From: Armatimonadota bacterium
GTDB taxonomy: Bacteria; Armatimonadota; Fimbriimonadia; Fimbriimonadales; Fimbriimonadaceae
Reading direction: 5' to 3'
Length of the DNA stretch: 64,000 nt
Assembly (NCBI GenBank): GCA_022563855.1
Contig: JADFMN010000005.1
Location: forward strand, 132,623 to 196,622
The notes under the pieces were generated by a model. That model did not search any database. It was not told where the DNA came from and saw nothing but the letters and a program-made list of their open reading frames with translations. Positions 37,723 through 46,676 of this stretch are shown piece after piece (the first letter of the stretch is position 1; each line of letters begins with the position of its first letter). The translations under genes and the position numbers were made by a program.

Positions 37723-38574
37723 TTAAGGCTTTCCTAGACCAGCGGGGGCCTTGTTCCTTCCCAAAAATCCGGCAAGGGCGACCACCGTTACTAGATAGGG
37801 TAGCGCGTTCCAGAACTCGGCGGGTAGGTTTGCGCCAAAAATCGCCTCTCCTTGAAGCAAGATTTGCAGGGCCGCGAACGCTCCGAAGAGCACGCACGCT
37901 CCCAAAGTCCGCCACGGCTTCCAACCGCCGAGGATCAGGGCGGCGAGCGCGATATACCCTTTCCCAGCCGTCATGTGGTCTGTGAAGCTCCCGGCGTTGC
38001 TGACGAGCAGGGCTCCGCCAAGGCCCGCCAAGACCCCCGTCGCGATCAAGGCGAGGTATCGAATCTTGACCGGGTCAAGACCCATCTGGCGCGATTTATT
38101 CGGATCGTTTCCGACCGCGGTGAGGTGGTTGCCGCCGCGCGTCTTCCTCAAATAGGCGGCGATCAGCGGTACTGCAAGAATCGCTATCCACCAGTATACG
38201 TTGACGCTGAAGGCCGTGGTCTTCTCCGATAGCTCCGGCAAGGTCTTCGAGAGAAAGCTGGTGCCGCCGAGCGCAAGCGCGTTGATGCCCATGCCGCTGA
38301 CGATGTGATCGATGTTGTACGCCTGAGTTAGCAGCGCGTGCAGCAGACTCATGAGGACCGCCGATCCGACTCCGGCCCCCAAACCAAGCGCCGCGCTCCC
38401 CGTCTGGACGCCGACGAGCGCAGTGATGCACGCAGAGGTGAGCATCGTGCCCTCAAGCGCAATGTTGATGACGCCAGATCGTTCGCTGAACAATCCGCCC
38501 AGCGCGGCAAGCACGAGGGGCGCGCTGAGAGTGATCGTGCTGACCAAGAGCACAACGATCCAAGGGTCACTCAT
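37723..38574 (-). CDS. ABC transporter permease (BMP/nucleoside-sugar type, YufQ/NupQ-like)
   Basis: 283 aa, polytopic. Overlaps the upstream permease by 8 nt. Similar architecture to branched-chain/ribose-type permeases. Confidence 0.75.
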   Translation of the reverse strand: MSDPWIVVLLVSTITLSAPLVLAALGGLFSERSGVINIALEGTMLTSACITALVGVQTGSAALGLGAGVGSAVLMSLLHALLTQAYNIDHIVSGMGINALALGGTSFLSKTLPELSEKTTAFSVNVYWWIAILAVPLIAAYLRKTRGGNHLTAVGNDPNKSRQMGLDPVKIRYLALIATGVLAGLGGALLVSNAGSFTDHMTAGKGYIALAALILGGWKPWRTLGACVLFGAFAALQILLQGEAIFGANLPAEFWNALPYLVTVVALAGFLGRNKAPAGLGKP

Positions 38575-39574
38575 GCGACGGCCTCCTTCTGTACCGGAAA
38601 ACGGCGAACACGATGATGATCAGGCCCAGGAGGATGCCCGCCAGCCCCTTGGGAACGCCGATGAGTTGAATCGCCGCCGTCCCCTTGCTGAGGGCTCCGA
38701 ACAGCAGCGCAGCCGGTATTACGCCGACCGGCGATCGACCTGCGAGCAGAGCGACCCCCAGCGCGTCGAATCCGCGCCCGGCGGCGAAGTCTGAGAAGAA
38801 CCTGTGGTCATAGGCCAGCACTTGGAACGCGCCTGCCAGTCCGGCGAGCGCCCCGCTCGCAACCATCGCCCGCACCGTGACGCGCTTGACGTTGACACCG
38901 GCGACCGCCGCCGCAGTCCTGTTCGCCCCAGTCGCCCGCAACTCGTATCCGGAGACTGTGCGTTTGAGCCAGTATGCGGCGAGAATAACGATCAGAAGCG
39001 CGAGCGGGAACGCTAAGTTCATCAAGAACGGAGGCGAGTCGATGACGGCAGGGATGTTCGTGGCTTGATCGAGAACCTCTGTCGTGGCGCTTTCTTGCCC
39101 AAGGTCTCTAAGAGGCTCTCGCACCAAGTAAAGCGTCAAGAACAGCGCGACGCTGTTCATCATGATCGTCGTGATCACTTCGTGACCGTCGCGATACGCC
39201 TTGATTGCGCCGGCGGGCCAGGCCCACAGGCCGCCTGCAACACACCCGGCCAAGACCGCGAGGCCGATGCCGAGCGCGTTCGGCACGAGCAGGGCGACGT
39301 ACGCAGCGGCGATGCCGCCGACCAGCAGCTGCCCCTCGGCCCCGATGTTGAACAGTCCAGCCCGTAGCGCAATGTAGACCGCCAAGCCCGCCAGCAGCAA
39401 CGGCGTGGTTTCCTTGAGGGTCCCAGAAATCGCGCGCCAACTGCCGAGGCTGCCCATGAAGAGCTTGACGCCGACGTCCCCGGGGGCGACGCCGGTTAGT
39501 TGCAGAACGAGCACGACGAAGATGAACGCACCGAGCACGAGGGCGATCTGCTTCCAGCCGAGCAATTTCGTCAT
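38567..39574 (-). CDS. ABC transporter permease (YufP/NupP-like)
   Basis: 335 aa, polytopic. 4-nt overlap with the ATPase gene. Confidence 0.75.
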   Translation of the reverse strand: MTKLLGWKQIALVLGAFIFVVLVLQLTGVAPGDVGVKLFMGSLGSWRAISGTLKETTPLLLAGLAVYIALRAGLFNIGAEGQLLVGGIAAAYVALLVPNALGIGLAVLAGCVAGGLWAWPAGAIKAYRDGHEVITTIMMNSVALFLTLYLVREPLRDLGQESATTEVLDQATNIPAVIDSPPFLMNLAFPLALLIVILAAYWLKRTVSGYELRATGANRTAAAVAGVNVKRVTVRAMVASGALAGLAGAFQVLAYDHRFFSDFAAGRGFDALGVALLAGRSPVGVIPAALLFGALSKGTAAIQLIGVPKGLAGILLGLIIIVFAVFRYRRRPSHE

Positions 39575-41064
39575 GCGCCCACCATCAGCCGCCCGATCGC
39601 CTGTCTATCGTGCTCGTGGCCAGGACTCGGCTGTAAGATCTCGCCGCCGTTGATGACGAGTACGCGGTCGCAGTTTTCTAGCAGCTCGTCGAGGTCGAAG
39701 CTGACGACGAGCGCGCCCGCGCCGCTTCTGCAGAGCTTGCGAATCTGCGCGTAAACCTGCGCGGCTCCGTCGATATCAAGCCCGCGCGTCGGCTGGAATG
39801 CGAGAACGATCGACGGGTCGAGTTCGAACGCCCGAGCAGCCACGAACCGCTGCTGGTTTCCGCCGCTGAGCGAGCTGATCAGTTTGGTCAAGCCTGCGTG
39901 TTTGGTCTTGAACCGCCTTGTAACCCGCTCGGCAAGCGCTTGGCCTTCAGCACGATTGATGAGCCATCCGTCGCTGACCGGAGCAAGCCGATGGAGACCG
40001 AGCATGGCGTTGTCGATAAGGTTCCACCCCTCGATGACGCCCTCAGCGTGGCGGTCCTCTGGGATGAGACGGAGCCCTGCGGCAATGCGAGCGGTCGGTC
40101 GCATGCCTAGAAGAGACCGGTCGTTCAACTCGACTTCGCCAGCCGCTGCCTTGCGGAAGCCGATCAGCGCGTGGAACAGTTCGCGCTGGCCGTTGCCGTC
40201 GACGCCTGCAAGCCCCACGACTTCGCCAGACCTAATCGTAAAGCTCGCCCCCTTGACAGCGTCGTCGCCGCGATCGCCCTTGACGACCAGGCCTGTTACA
40301 CGCAGCAATTCGCCGCCTAGATTCAGCGGGGTCGGCTCGTCTGCCGCGAGCGTGTGCCCGACGATCAGCTCCGCCAGTTCGGCCGGAGTGGTCTCGCCGA
40401 CGACAAGGTCGGCGACCTTTTCGCCGCCTCGTAGGACGGTGACGCGATCGCAGTGCGCCATTACCTCCGGCAGTCGGTGCGTCACGATGATGATCGTCGC
40501 GCCTTCGACTGCCAGTTGGCGCAAGCTTGTGTACAGCGCATCGGAGTCCGCAGGCGAGAGCATAGCGGTCGGCTCGTCCAAGATCATGATCTCGGAATCG
40601 CGCCATAGCAGCTTGACGATCTCGAGCTTCTGGGCTCCGGAAGGGCTCAGCGATGCCGCCAGCGCCGTCCAGTCAAACTCGAACCCCATCCTCTTGGCAA
40701 GCTTGGCTGCTCGCTCTATCGAGCGCTTTTCCGAAATGAAGACGCTTGGCTCGGCGCCGAGCATGAGGTTTTGCAGGCAGGTCAGCTCGGGAATGATGCT
40801 GTAGTGCTGGCTGACCATGCCGATGCCGTACGCGATCGCGTCCGCCGCGTTCCGCCACGTCTTCTCTTCGCCAGAGATCTCGATAGTTCCGCGCATCGGC
40901 CGGAGCGCGCCGTAGAGCACTCGCATCAGCGTCGTCTTGCCTGCGCCGTTCTCGCCGATGAGAGCGGAAATATGACCGGCTTCGACTTGGAAATCAACGT
41001 CCTGCAGCGCCTTGACGCTGCCGAAGTGATGAGTGATGCCGCGCAGGTTGACGGTCGGGATCAT
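39571..41064 (-). CDS. ABC transporter ATP-binding protein, duplicated ATPase domains
   Basis: First Walker A GENGAGKTT, signature LSPSGAQK, Walker B IMILDEPT. The second domain has LSGGNQQR and LAFQPTRGLD. Confidence 0.9.
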   Translation of the reverse strand: MIPTVNLRGITHHFGSVKALQDVDFQVEAGHISALIGENGAGKTTLMRVLYGALRPMRGTIEISGEEKTWRNAADAIAYGIGMVSQHYSIIPELTCLQNLMLGAEPSVFISEKRSIERAAKLAKRMGFEFDWTALAASLSPSGAQKLEIVKLLWRDSEIMILDEPTAMLSPADSDALYTSLRQLAVEGATIIIVTHRLPEVMAHCDRVTVLRGGEKVADLVVGETTPAELAELIVGHTLAADEPTPLNLGGELLRVTGLVVKGDRGDDAVKGASFTIRSGEVVGLAGVDGNGQRELFHALIGFRKAAAGEVELNDRSLLGMRPTARIAAGLRLIPEDRHAEGVIEGWNLIDNAMLGLHRLAPVSDGWLINRAEGQALAERVTRRFKTKHAGLTKLISSLSGGNQQRFVAARAFELDPSIVLAFQPTRGLDIDGAAQVYAQIRKLCRSGAGALVVSFDLDELLENCDRVLVINGGEILQPSPGHEHDRQAIGRLMVGA

Positions 41065-41930
41065 GAATCGCCGTCAAGCTCCATGAGCACTTCGTAAAGC
41101 GCGGCGGTCGTCCACTCCCCGTGTCCGCTCTCCTCTAGCTTTTGCAAAAGACGATCGACGAGTTCCGTACCCGGCAGGGAAGCGCCGATCTGTGCCGCCG
41201 TCTCGACGCAGTAGCCAAAATCCTTGCGCTGATTTTTCACCGTGAAGCCCGGCGACCAGTCGCCATCAAGGATTCTCTGACCGTAGTTGTCGAACGCCCA
41301 AGAGCCTGCCGCGCCGCCAGCGAGCAGCTCGCGCGTTTGCGCTATGTCTAAGCCTGCTTTCTTGGCGAAAGCAAGCGATTCGCAAAGTCCGAGCAGCGAC
41401 CCTGCCACGGCGATCTGGTTGGCCATCTTCATCGTTTGCCCCTTGCCCGGACCGCCGACCAGGGCGACGTTCTTGCCGTACGCCTCCAAAACCGGCTTTG
41501 CGACTTCAAACTCTTGCGCGCTGCCGCCGCAGAAAATCGTTAGCGTGCCCGCCGTTGCGCCCTTCGATCCGCCGGTGATCGGTGCGTCCAGAAACCGTAG
41601 ACCGGCATCTGCCATCTCGTCGTGCAGCCGCTTCGTCGCTTGCGGCTGAATTGTGCTGTGATCGATGAACAGCGTGCCCTTTTCAGCGCCTCCGCGCATT
41701 CTGGAAAGACAGCTTTCGACGTCCTCTGTCTTGCTCACGCAAAGGCAGACGACGTCGCAGTTCGCCGGCAGTTCCTCCAGCGTTGAGGAAACCCGTGCGC
41801 CTCGCGCAGCCAGTTGCTCGGCTTTGGCAGCGGTGCGGTTCCAAACTGTCAGGTCGTGGCCAGCCGCCAAGAGGTGACCGGCCATTGGGCTGCCCATCAC
41901 GCCGAGCCCCACAAATCCAACGCGAGCCAT
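41061..41930 (-). CDS. NAD(P)-dependent beta-hydroxyacid dehydrogenase (3-hydroxyisobutyrate dehydrogenase family)
   Basis: Rossmann motif VGFVGLGVMGSPMAGHL plus the family pattern DAPITGGSKGATAGTLTIFCGG. ATGA overlap with the ABC ATPase gene. Confidence 0.8.
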   Translation of the reverse strand: MARVGFVGLGVMGSPMAGHLLAAGHDLTVWNRTAAKAEQLAARGARVSSTLEELPANCDVVCLCVSKTEDVESCLSRMRGGAEKGTLFIDHSTIQPQATKRLHDEMADAGLRFLDAPITGGSKGATAGTLTIFCGGSAQEFEVAKPVLEAYGKNVALVGGPGKGQTMKMANQIAVAGSLLGLCESLAFAKKAGLDIAQTRELLAGGAAGSWAFDNYGQRILDGDWSPGFTVKNQRKDFGYCVETAAQIGASLPGTELVDRLLQKLEESGHGEWTTAALYEVLMELDGDS

Positions 41931-42077
41931 GGTATTGGATTTTAGCCGGTTCCCGTTCTATGCCGACGGCTGGCTTGCTGTGTTGCTAGACCGATGCGCT
42001 CGTCCGATAGGTCCTATAAGTCTTATGCGACCTAGCCTCCCTCTGCGGCAGGCTGGTGTGGAGCCAGGGCAACTGGC

Positions 42078-43625
42078 TCAAGGCAGCAGCTTCTTGGCGC
42101 GCTCGACGCGCTTGACGATACGCGCAGGCCCGAGGAGCGACATCAACTCGAAGAGGCCGGGGCCGACGGTCTTGCCTGTGAGCGCGACGCGGGTCGGGTG
42201 GACGACCGGGCCGAACTTCTCGACCCCTGCGCTCTCCATGAATCCGCGCAGGATCGACTCGCACTCTTCGGCGGACGTTTCCTTCTTGCCGTCGAAAGCC
42301 GTGGTCAGGTGATCGAAAAGAGCCCGAACGTGGTCGTGCTTGAACCACTTATCGACCGCCTTCTGCTCCATGTCAGGGCTTTCAACGAAGAAGAACTTGC
42401 ACGCTGGGCCGAACTCGGCAAGGTTGGCGACTCGCTCTTGCTCCAGGGTGATCGCCCCCTGTACGTAGTCGAGGTCTTCTACAGTGACCAGCAGCTTCAT
42501 GCCATCGACGTTTTCGGCTGGCGTCGGTTTGCCCTTAGCTGCCTGGTGGTCGGGCTCGCGCCCAGCCCAGTACTCTTGGTTCTCGTCGCACGACGAGTAG
42601 TCGCGGACCATGCTCGCCAGCGTGCCCGCGTCCATCGCACGGATGTAGTGGCCGTTCATCCAGTTGAGCTTGTCGAGGTCGAACACGCCGGGCGACGGCT
42701 GTATGCCCTCGATGGTGAACGCCTCGGCCATCTCGTCCATGCTCATCACCTCGCGGTCGCCGCCGGGGGACCAGCCGATCAGCGCGATGAAGTTCGAGAT
42801 CGCCTCGGTCAGATATCCGGCTCGCCGGAAGTCGAGGCACGCGGTGTCGCCGTGCCGCTTGCTGAGCTTGCTGCCGTCCTTGCCCTTGATGATCGGCACG
42901 TGGATGAACTCGGGCGGATCCCAGCCGAGCGACTTGAAGAGCGTGACGTGCTTCGGCGCGGAGCTGATCCACTCCTCGCCGCGGAAGACGTGCGTGATGT
43001 CCATCAGGTGGTCGTCGACCATCGCCGCGAAGTGGTAGGTCGGCATGCCGTCGTTCTTGATGAGCACCGGATCGTCGACGAGGTTCGAGTTGATCTCGAC
43101 GCGGCCACGGATCGCGTCGTTCAGCACGATCGTCTCATCGCGCGGGATCTTCAGGCGGACGACGCCGGGCAGACCGGCCGACCGTGCCTCCTCAACTTTC
43201 GCGCCAGAGGCGTCGCGCCAGACGCCTCCGTAGTAGCCGATCGGCTGTTTGTTGATCTGCTGGTACTCGCGCATCTCCTTCAGCTCTTCGGACGTCTCGA
43301 AGGCCCAGTAGGCGTGGCCCGACTCCAGCAGGCGGTCGAAGATCGGCTTGTAAATGCCCCTCTCCTTCCGCTCGCTCTGGTGGTAGGGGCCGTGGGGGCC
43401 GCCCTTGCCGACGCCCTCCTGCCACTCGACCCCGATGTACAGCAAGCTCTCGATGATCTCCTCTTCGCACCCCTCGACGAACCGGGCGCTGTCGGTATCC
43501 TCGATGCGCAGGATGTGGACCCCCCCGTGGTGCTTGGCGAAAAGGTGGTTGAAGAGCGCGGTCCGGATGTTCCCGACGTGGGGGCTCCCGGTCGGGCTAG
43601 GTGCGAATCGGACGCGGACGGACAT
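42078..43625 (-). CDS. gltX: Glutamate--tRNA ligase
   Basis: RFAPSPTGSPHVGNIRTALFN (HIGH region) and KLSKRHG (KMSKS). Confidence 0.95.
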   Translation of the reverse strand: MSVRVRFAPSPTGSPHVGNIRTALFNHLFAKHHGGVHILRIEDTDSARFVEGCEEEIIESLLYIGVEWQEGVGKGGPHGPYHQSERKERGIYKPIFDRLLESGHAYWAFETSEELKEMREYQQINKQPIGYYGGVWRDASGAKVEEARSAGLPGVVRLKIPRDETIVLNDAIRGRVEINSNLVDDPVLIKNDGMPTYHFAAMVDDHLMDITHVFRGEEWISSAPKHVTLFKSLGWDPPEFIHVPIIKGKDGSKLSKRHGDTACLDFRRAGYLTEAISNFIALIGWSPGGDREVMSMDEMAEAFTIEGIQPSPGVFDLDKLNWMNGHYIRAMDAGTLASMVRDYSSCDENQEYWAGREPDHQAAKGKPTPAENVDGMKLLVTVEDLDYVQGAITLEQERVANLAEFGPACKFFFVESPDMEQKAVDKWFKHDHVRALFDHLTTAFDGKKETSAEECESILRGFMESAGVEKFGPVVHPTRVALTGKTVGPGLFELMSLLGPARIVKRVERAKKLLP

Positions 43626-43742
43626 CGCCTCTGAAGATACCAGGAGGCTGGCCTGCGGAATGGCCCAGGTACCCGGTCGACCGTCGCAACGTGCAATGCA
43701 CTTTGGCGGTATCAGTTAAACTGCACAAGAGACCCACGTTTC

Positions 43743-44297
43743 ATGAGTGAAGAGCGCACCAACCCGGAATGGTACTACGTAGGCCACTACGGACAGTTGG
43801 GGCCGCTGACGCTCGAGCAGATGTGCGAGCTTGCAACCGACGGTGTCATCGCGCCTGAAACGTACGTTTGGCAAGCAGGAATGAGGGACTGGGAACAAGC
43901 GCTACAAGTCGACGATCTTCGTGGCTACGTGGGTGCAGAGGAGCCACCGGCTACTCCTCCTCCGTCGCCTGGCGCAGGATCACGAAACCCACCACCGATG
44001 CCGTCAGCCACGTCGGCCGTGCCTACAGGCACGGTGCTGGCGACCGCCCTGCCCCGGCAAGATTGGCAGTACATTCAGGCCCACCTCCCCAAGAGCGACC
44101 GGAGTCGGGTTGTGGGTGGATTGCTCAATTTCATACCGGGAGTTGGCCGCATGTATCTCGGGTACGCGGCTCACGGCGTGCTACAGCTGTTCTTGGCGCC
44201 CTGCATTATCGGCTGCGTTTGGGCCTGGATCGACGCGATCTACATCCTTTCAGGCGGACTCAAGCTAGATGGGTACGGCCGACGCCTGGATGAGTGA
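43743..44297 (+). CDS. GYF_2 (DUF4339) domain + TM2-domain membrane protein
   Basis: EWYYVGHYGQLGPLTLEQMCELATDGVIAPETYVWQAGMRDWEQA is the GYF_2 pattern. The C-terminal GGLLNFIPGVGRMYLGYAAHGVLQL...WAWIDAIYI is TM2-like. Confidence 0.65.
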   Translation: MSEERTNPEWYYVGHYGQLGPLTLEQMCELATDGVIAPETYVWQAGMRDWEQALQVDDLRGYVGAEEPPATPPPSPGAGSRNPPPMPSATSAVPTGTVLATALPRQDWQYIQAHLPKSDRSRVVGGLLNFIPGVGRMYLGYAAHGVLQLFLAPCIIGCVWAWIDAIYILSGGLKLDGYGRRLDE

Positions 44298-44902
44298 ACC
44301 CGCGTGCCGAATCGACCCTTGAGACGTCATACTACAGGAAGAAGGCAGCCGTGTTTAGATCGATCATTCTCCTGCTGTGCGTGTTGGGCGCCTCTCTTGC
44401 GCTTGCCCAAGCGTACAAGCCCAAGCCCGGAGAGACGGTGATGAAACTCACTATCGAGCGTCGCGGCGACGTCTTCATTCTGCTGCATACGAAGCAGGCT
44501 CCCAAGACGACTGCGCAGATCATCAGGCTGGCCAACTCCGGATTCTACAACGGACAGAAGTGGTTCAAGGTGCTCAAGGATCCGAGGCCGTTCTTGGTCC
44601 AGTTCGGCGACCCGGGATCGAAGACCAAGCCGATGAACGACCCGAGTCTCGGCAACGGCGGCTCTGGGACGAAGGTCGCCTATGAAGAGACTGGAAAGAG
44701 AAACGTCACGGGTGCCGTCGGCCTGGCGAACAAAGACGGCGACCGAGACAGCGGGGACAGCCAGTTCTACATCCTGTTGGGCGACTACGGATTCTTGGAC
44801 GGCAAGTACACGGTGTTCGGGCAGGTCGTTTCAGACATGGACGTCGTTCGCGGGATCAAGCTGGGCGATAAGGTAACTTCAGTCGTGATTCTTCGCGGCT
44901 GA
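44294..44902 (+). CDS. Cyclophilin-type peptidyl-prolyl cis-trans isomerase (exported)
   Basis: GFYNGQKWFKV...FLVQFGDPGSK...GAVGLANKDGDRDSGDSQFYILL...LDGKYTVFGQVVSDMDVV. The likely true start is the GTG at 44351, which gives the signal peptide VFRSIILLLCVLGASLALAQA. Confidence 0.8.
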   Translation: MNPRAESTLETSYYRKKAAVFRSIILLLCVLGASLALAQAYKPKPGETVMKLTIERRGDVFILLHTKQAPKTTAQIIRLANSGFYNGQKWFKVLKDPRPFLVQFGDPGSKTKPMNDPSLGNGGSGTKVAYEETGKRNVTGAVGLANKDGDRDSGDSQFYILLGDYGFLDGKYTVFGQVVSDMDVVRGIKLGDKVTSVVILRG

Positions 44903-45876
44903 TGACTGTCCCAAAGACGCTTCGAACGCTTCGCAATATCATTCTGCGGCTTCTTTACGGCGCCGTCAGCCTGCTGTTCATCATCTTCATTACGTTCATC
45001 GCGGACGAAATGGTGCCTGGCGACGCCGCGACGATTCTCGCCGGCGACAAGGCGACGGAAGCCCAGGTCATTCGCCTTCGCAAGGCGATGGGACTTGATC
45101 GTGCTTGGCCGGTTCGATTCGTCGAATACGTCGGTGAGATTTCCCACGGCGACTTTGGGAAGAGCTACCGTGCGCCGTACGAGCCGGTCGTCGACATTGT
45201 GAAGCGCGACCTGCCGATGACCGCGAAGATCGCCGGCTGCGCAATCCTGCTGGCAAGCGCGATCGGACTGGTGCTGGGAACGTTCGCCGCGTTGAATGAG
45301 AATCGAGCGACGGACCGCGTCGCGCTCAGCCTGAGCACGCTGGGGGTGACTCTGCCAAATTTTGTGCTGGCGCCGCTCCTGGTGCTCGTTTTCGTGGAGT
45401 GGCTCGACTACTTGCCGCTGAGGTGGCAGGTTCCGGAGCTACAGGTCGCGCCGCAGATTTACTACTTGATCCTGCCGGTCGTGGTCATGGCTGCCCGGCC
45501 GGTGGCCATGCTGACCAGGTTGACCAGGGCGAGCATGCTCGACACGCTCCAGCAAGAGTTCGTTCGGCTCGGCATCGCCAAGGGTGTGCCAGCGTTTCGA
45601 CTGTACTTGGTCCACGCGCTGCGCAACGCCATCCTCCCCGTGCTGACAGGCATCGGTACAAGCTTTGGCTATCTTCTTACCGGCTCGTTCATCGTCGAGA
45701 GGTTCTTTCTGTTGCCGGGGCTCGGGCGAGAGGCCATCGAGGCGATCCAGCAGCGCAACACGCCGGTGATCATGGCCTGCGTGATCGTAACGGGGGCGAT
45801 GTTCATCGTGATCAACTTGGTCGTGGACATCGTACAACAGCTCGTTGACCCTCGCATTCGGGAGTCGCAAATATGA
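44902..45876 (+). CDS. ABC transporter permease, Opp/Dpp B-type
   Basis: 324 aa. N-terminal ILRLLYGAVSLLFIIFITF, LGLDRAWPVRF and the EAA-like loop are typical of DppB/OppB. Confidence 0.8.
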   Translation: MTVPKTLRTLRNIILRLLYGAVSLLFIIFITFIADEMVPGDAATILAGDKATEAQVIRLRKAMGLDRAWPVRFVEYVGEISHGDFGKSYRAPYEPVVDIVKRDLPMTAKIAGCAILLASAIGLVLGTFAALNENRATDRVALSLSTLGVTLPNFVLAPLLVLVFVEWLDYLPLRWQVPELQVAPQIYYLILPVVVMAARPVAMLTRLTRASMLDTLQQEFVRLGIAKGVPAFRLYLVHALRNAILPVLTGIGTSFGYLLTGSFIVERFFLLPGLGREAIEAIQQRNTPVIMACVIVTGAMFIVINLVVDIVQQLVDPRIRESQI

Positions 45877-46676
45877 AAAAGCGGCTCGATATCCTGTTTT
45901 GGTGCGGCGTAGGTTTCCTGTTCCTGATCGCCGTGCTGGCGTTGTTCGGACCAACGATTCGGTACGATCCGGTAGCGCTCGGCGAGAAATTCTTACTGCC
46001 GTCGGGCGAGCATTGGTTGGGAACGGACGAACTGGGGAGGGACGTTTTCGCGCGGGTAGCGTACGGCGCCCGCATGTCGCTGTTGGTCGGCTTTGTGGTG
46101 CAGATCGCGGCTCTGATCATCGGGATCACGCTTGGAGCGACTGGGGTTTTCGCACCGAAGTGGATTCGGGTGCCGGTCTTGCGGTTAACCGACGCGATGT
46201 TCGCGTTCCCGGACATCCTGCTGGCGATTCTGATCATCGGGATATGGGGGATGGGGCTAGCGCCGGTGATCATCGCGCTGTCGGTAACCGCTTGGCCTGC
46301 GGTTGCGCGCCTAGTGCGAACGCAGATGGCCAGCCTCAAGGACAGAGAGTATGTCATTGCGTCTCGGGCTCTTGGGGCCGGGACTTTCTACCTCGTCATC
46401 AAGCACATTCTGCCGCACTTGTGGGGGATCGTCCTGGCGGTTGCGATGATCGATATGGCTGGCATCATCCTGGCCGAGAGCGCTCTGAGCTTTCTCGGAA
46501 TCGGCATTCAGTCGCCGACGCCCAGTTGGGGGAACATGATCAACCACGCGCGGGATCAACTCGACTCGCACCCGATCATGTTGCTGTGGCCGTGTCTCGC
46601 TCTGAGCCTAACGATCTTTGCGCTGAACTTCGTTGGTGACGGGCTGCGGTCGCTCATCGATCCGAAAAACCGTTAA
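45873..46676 (+). CDS. ABC transporter permease, Opp/Dpp C-type
   Basis: 267 aa. HWLGTDELGRDVFARV and SLKDREYVIASRALGAG are DppC/OppC hallmarks. 4-nt overlap with the upstream permease. Confidence 0.8.
   Translation: MKKRLDILFWCGVGFLFLIAVLALFGPTIRYDPVALGEKFLLPSGEHWLGTDELGRDVFARVAYGARMSLLVGFVVQIAALIIGITLGATGVFAPKWIRVPVLRLTDAMFAFPDILLAILIIGIWGMGLAPVIIALSVTAWPAVARLVRTQMASLKDREYVIASRALGAGTFYLVIKHILPHLWGIVLAVAMIDMAGIILAESALSFLGIGIQSPTPSWGNMINHARDQLDSHPIMLLWPCLALSLTIFALNFVGDGLRSLIDPKNR

Noticed and set aside
42198-43634. 478-aa plus-strand ORF antisense to gltX
   Set aside because: gltX carries HIGH and KMSKS motifs on the minus strand. The plus frame is a Val/Asp/Arg-rich mirror artefact.
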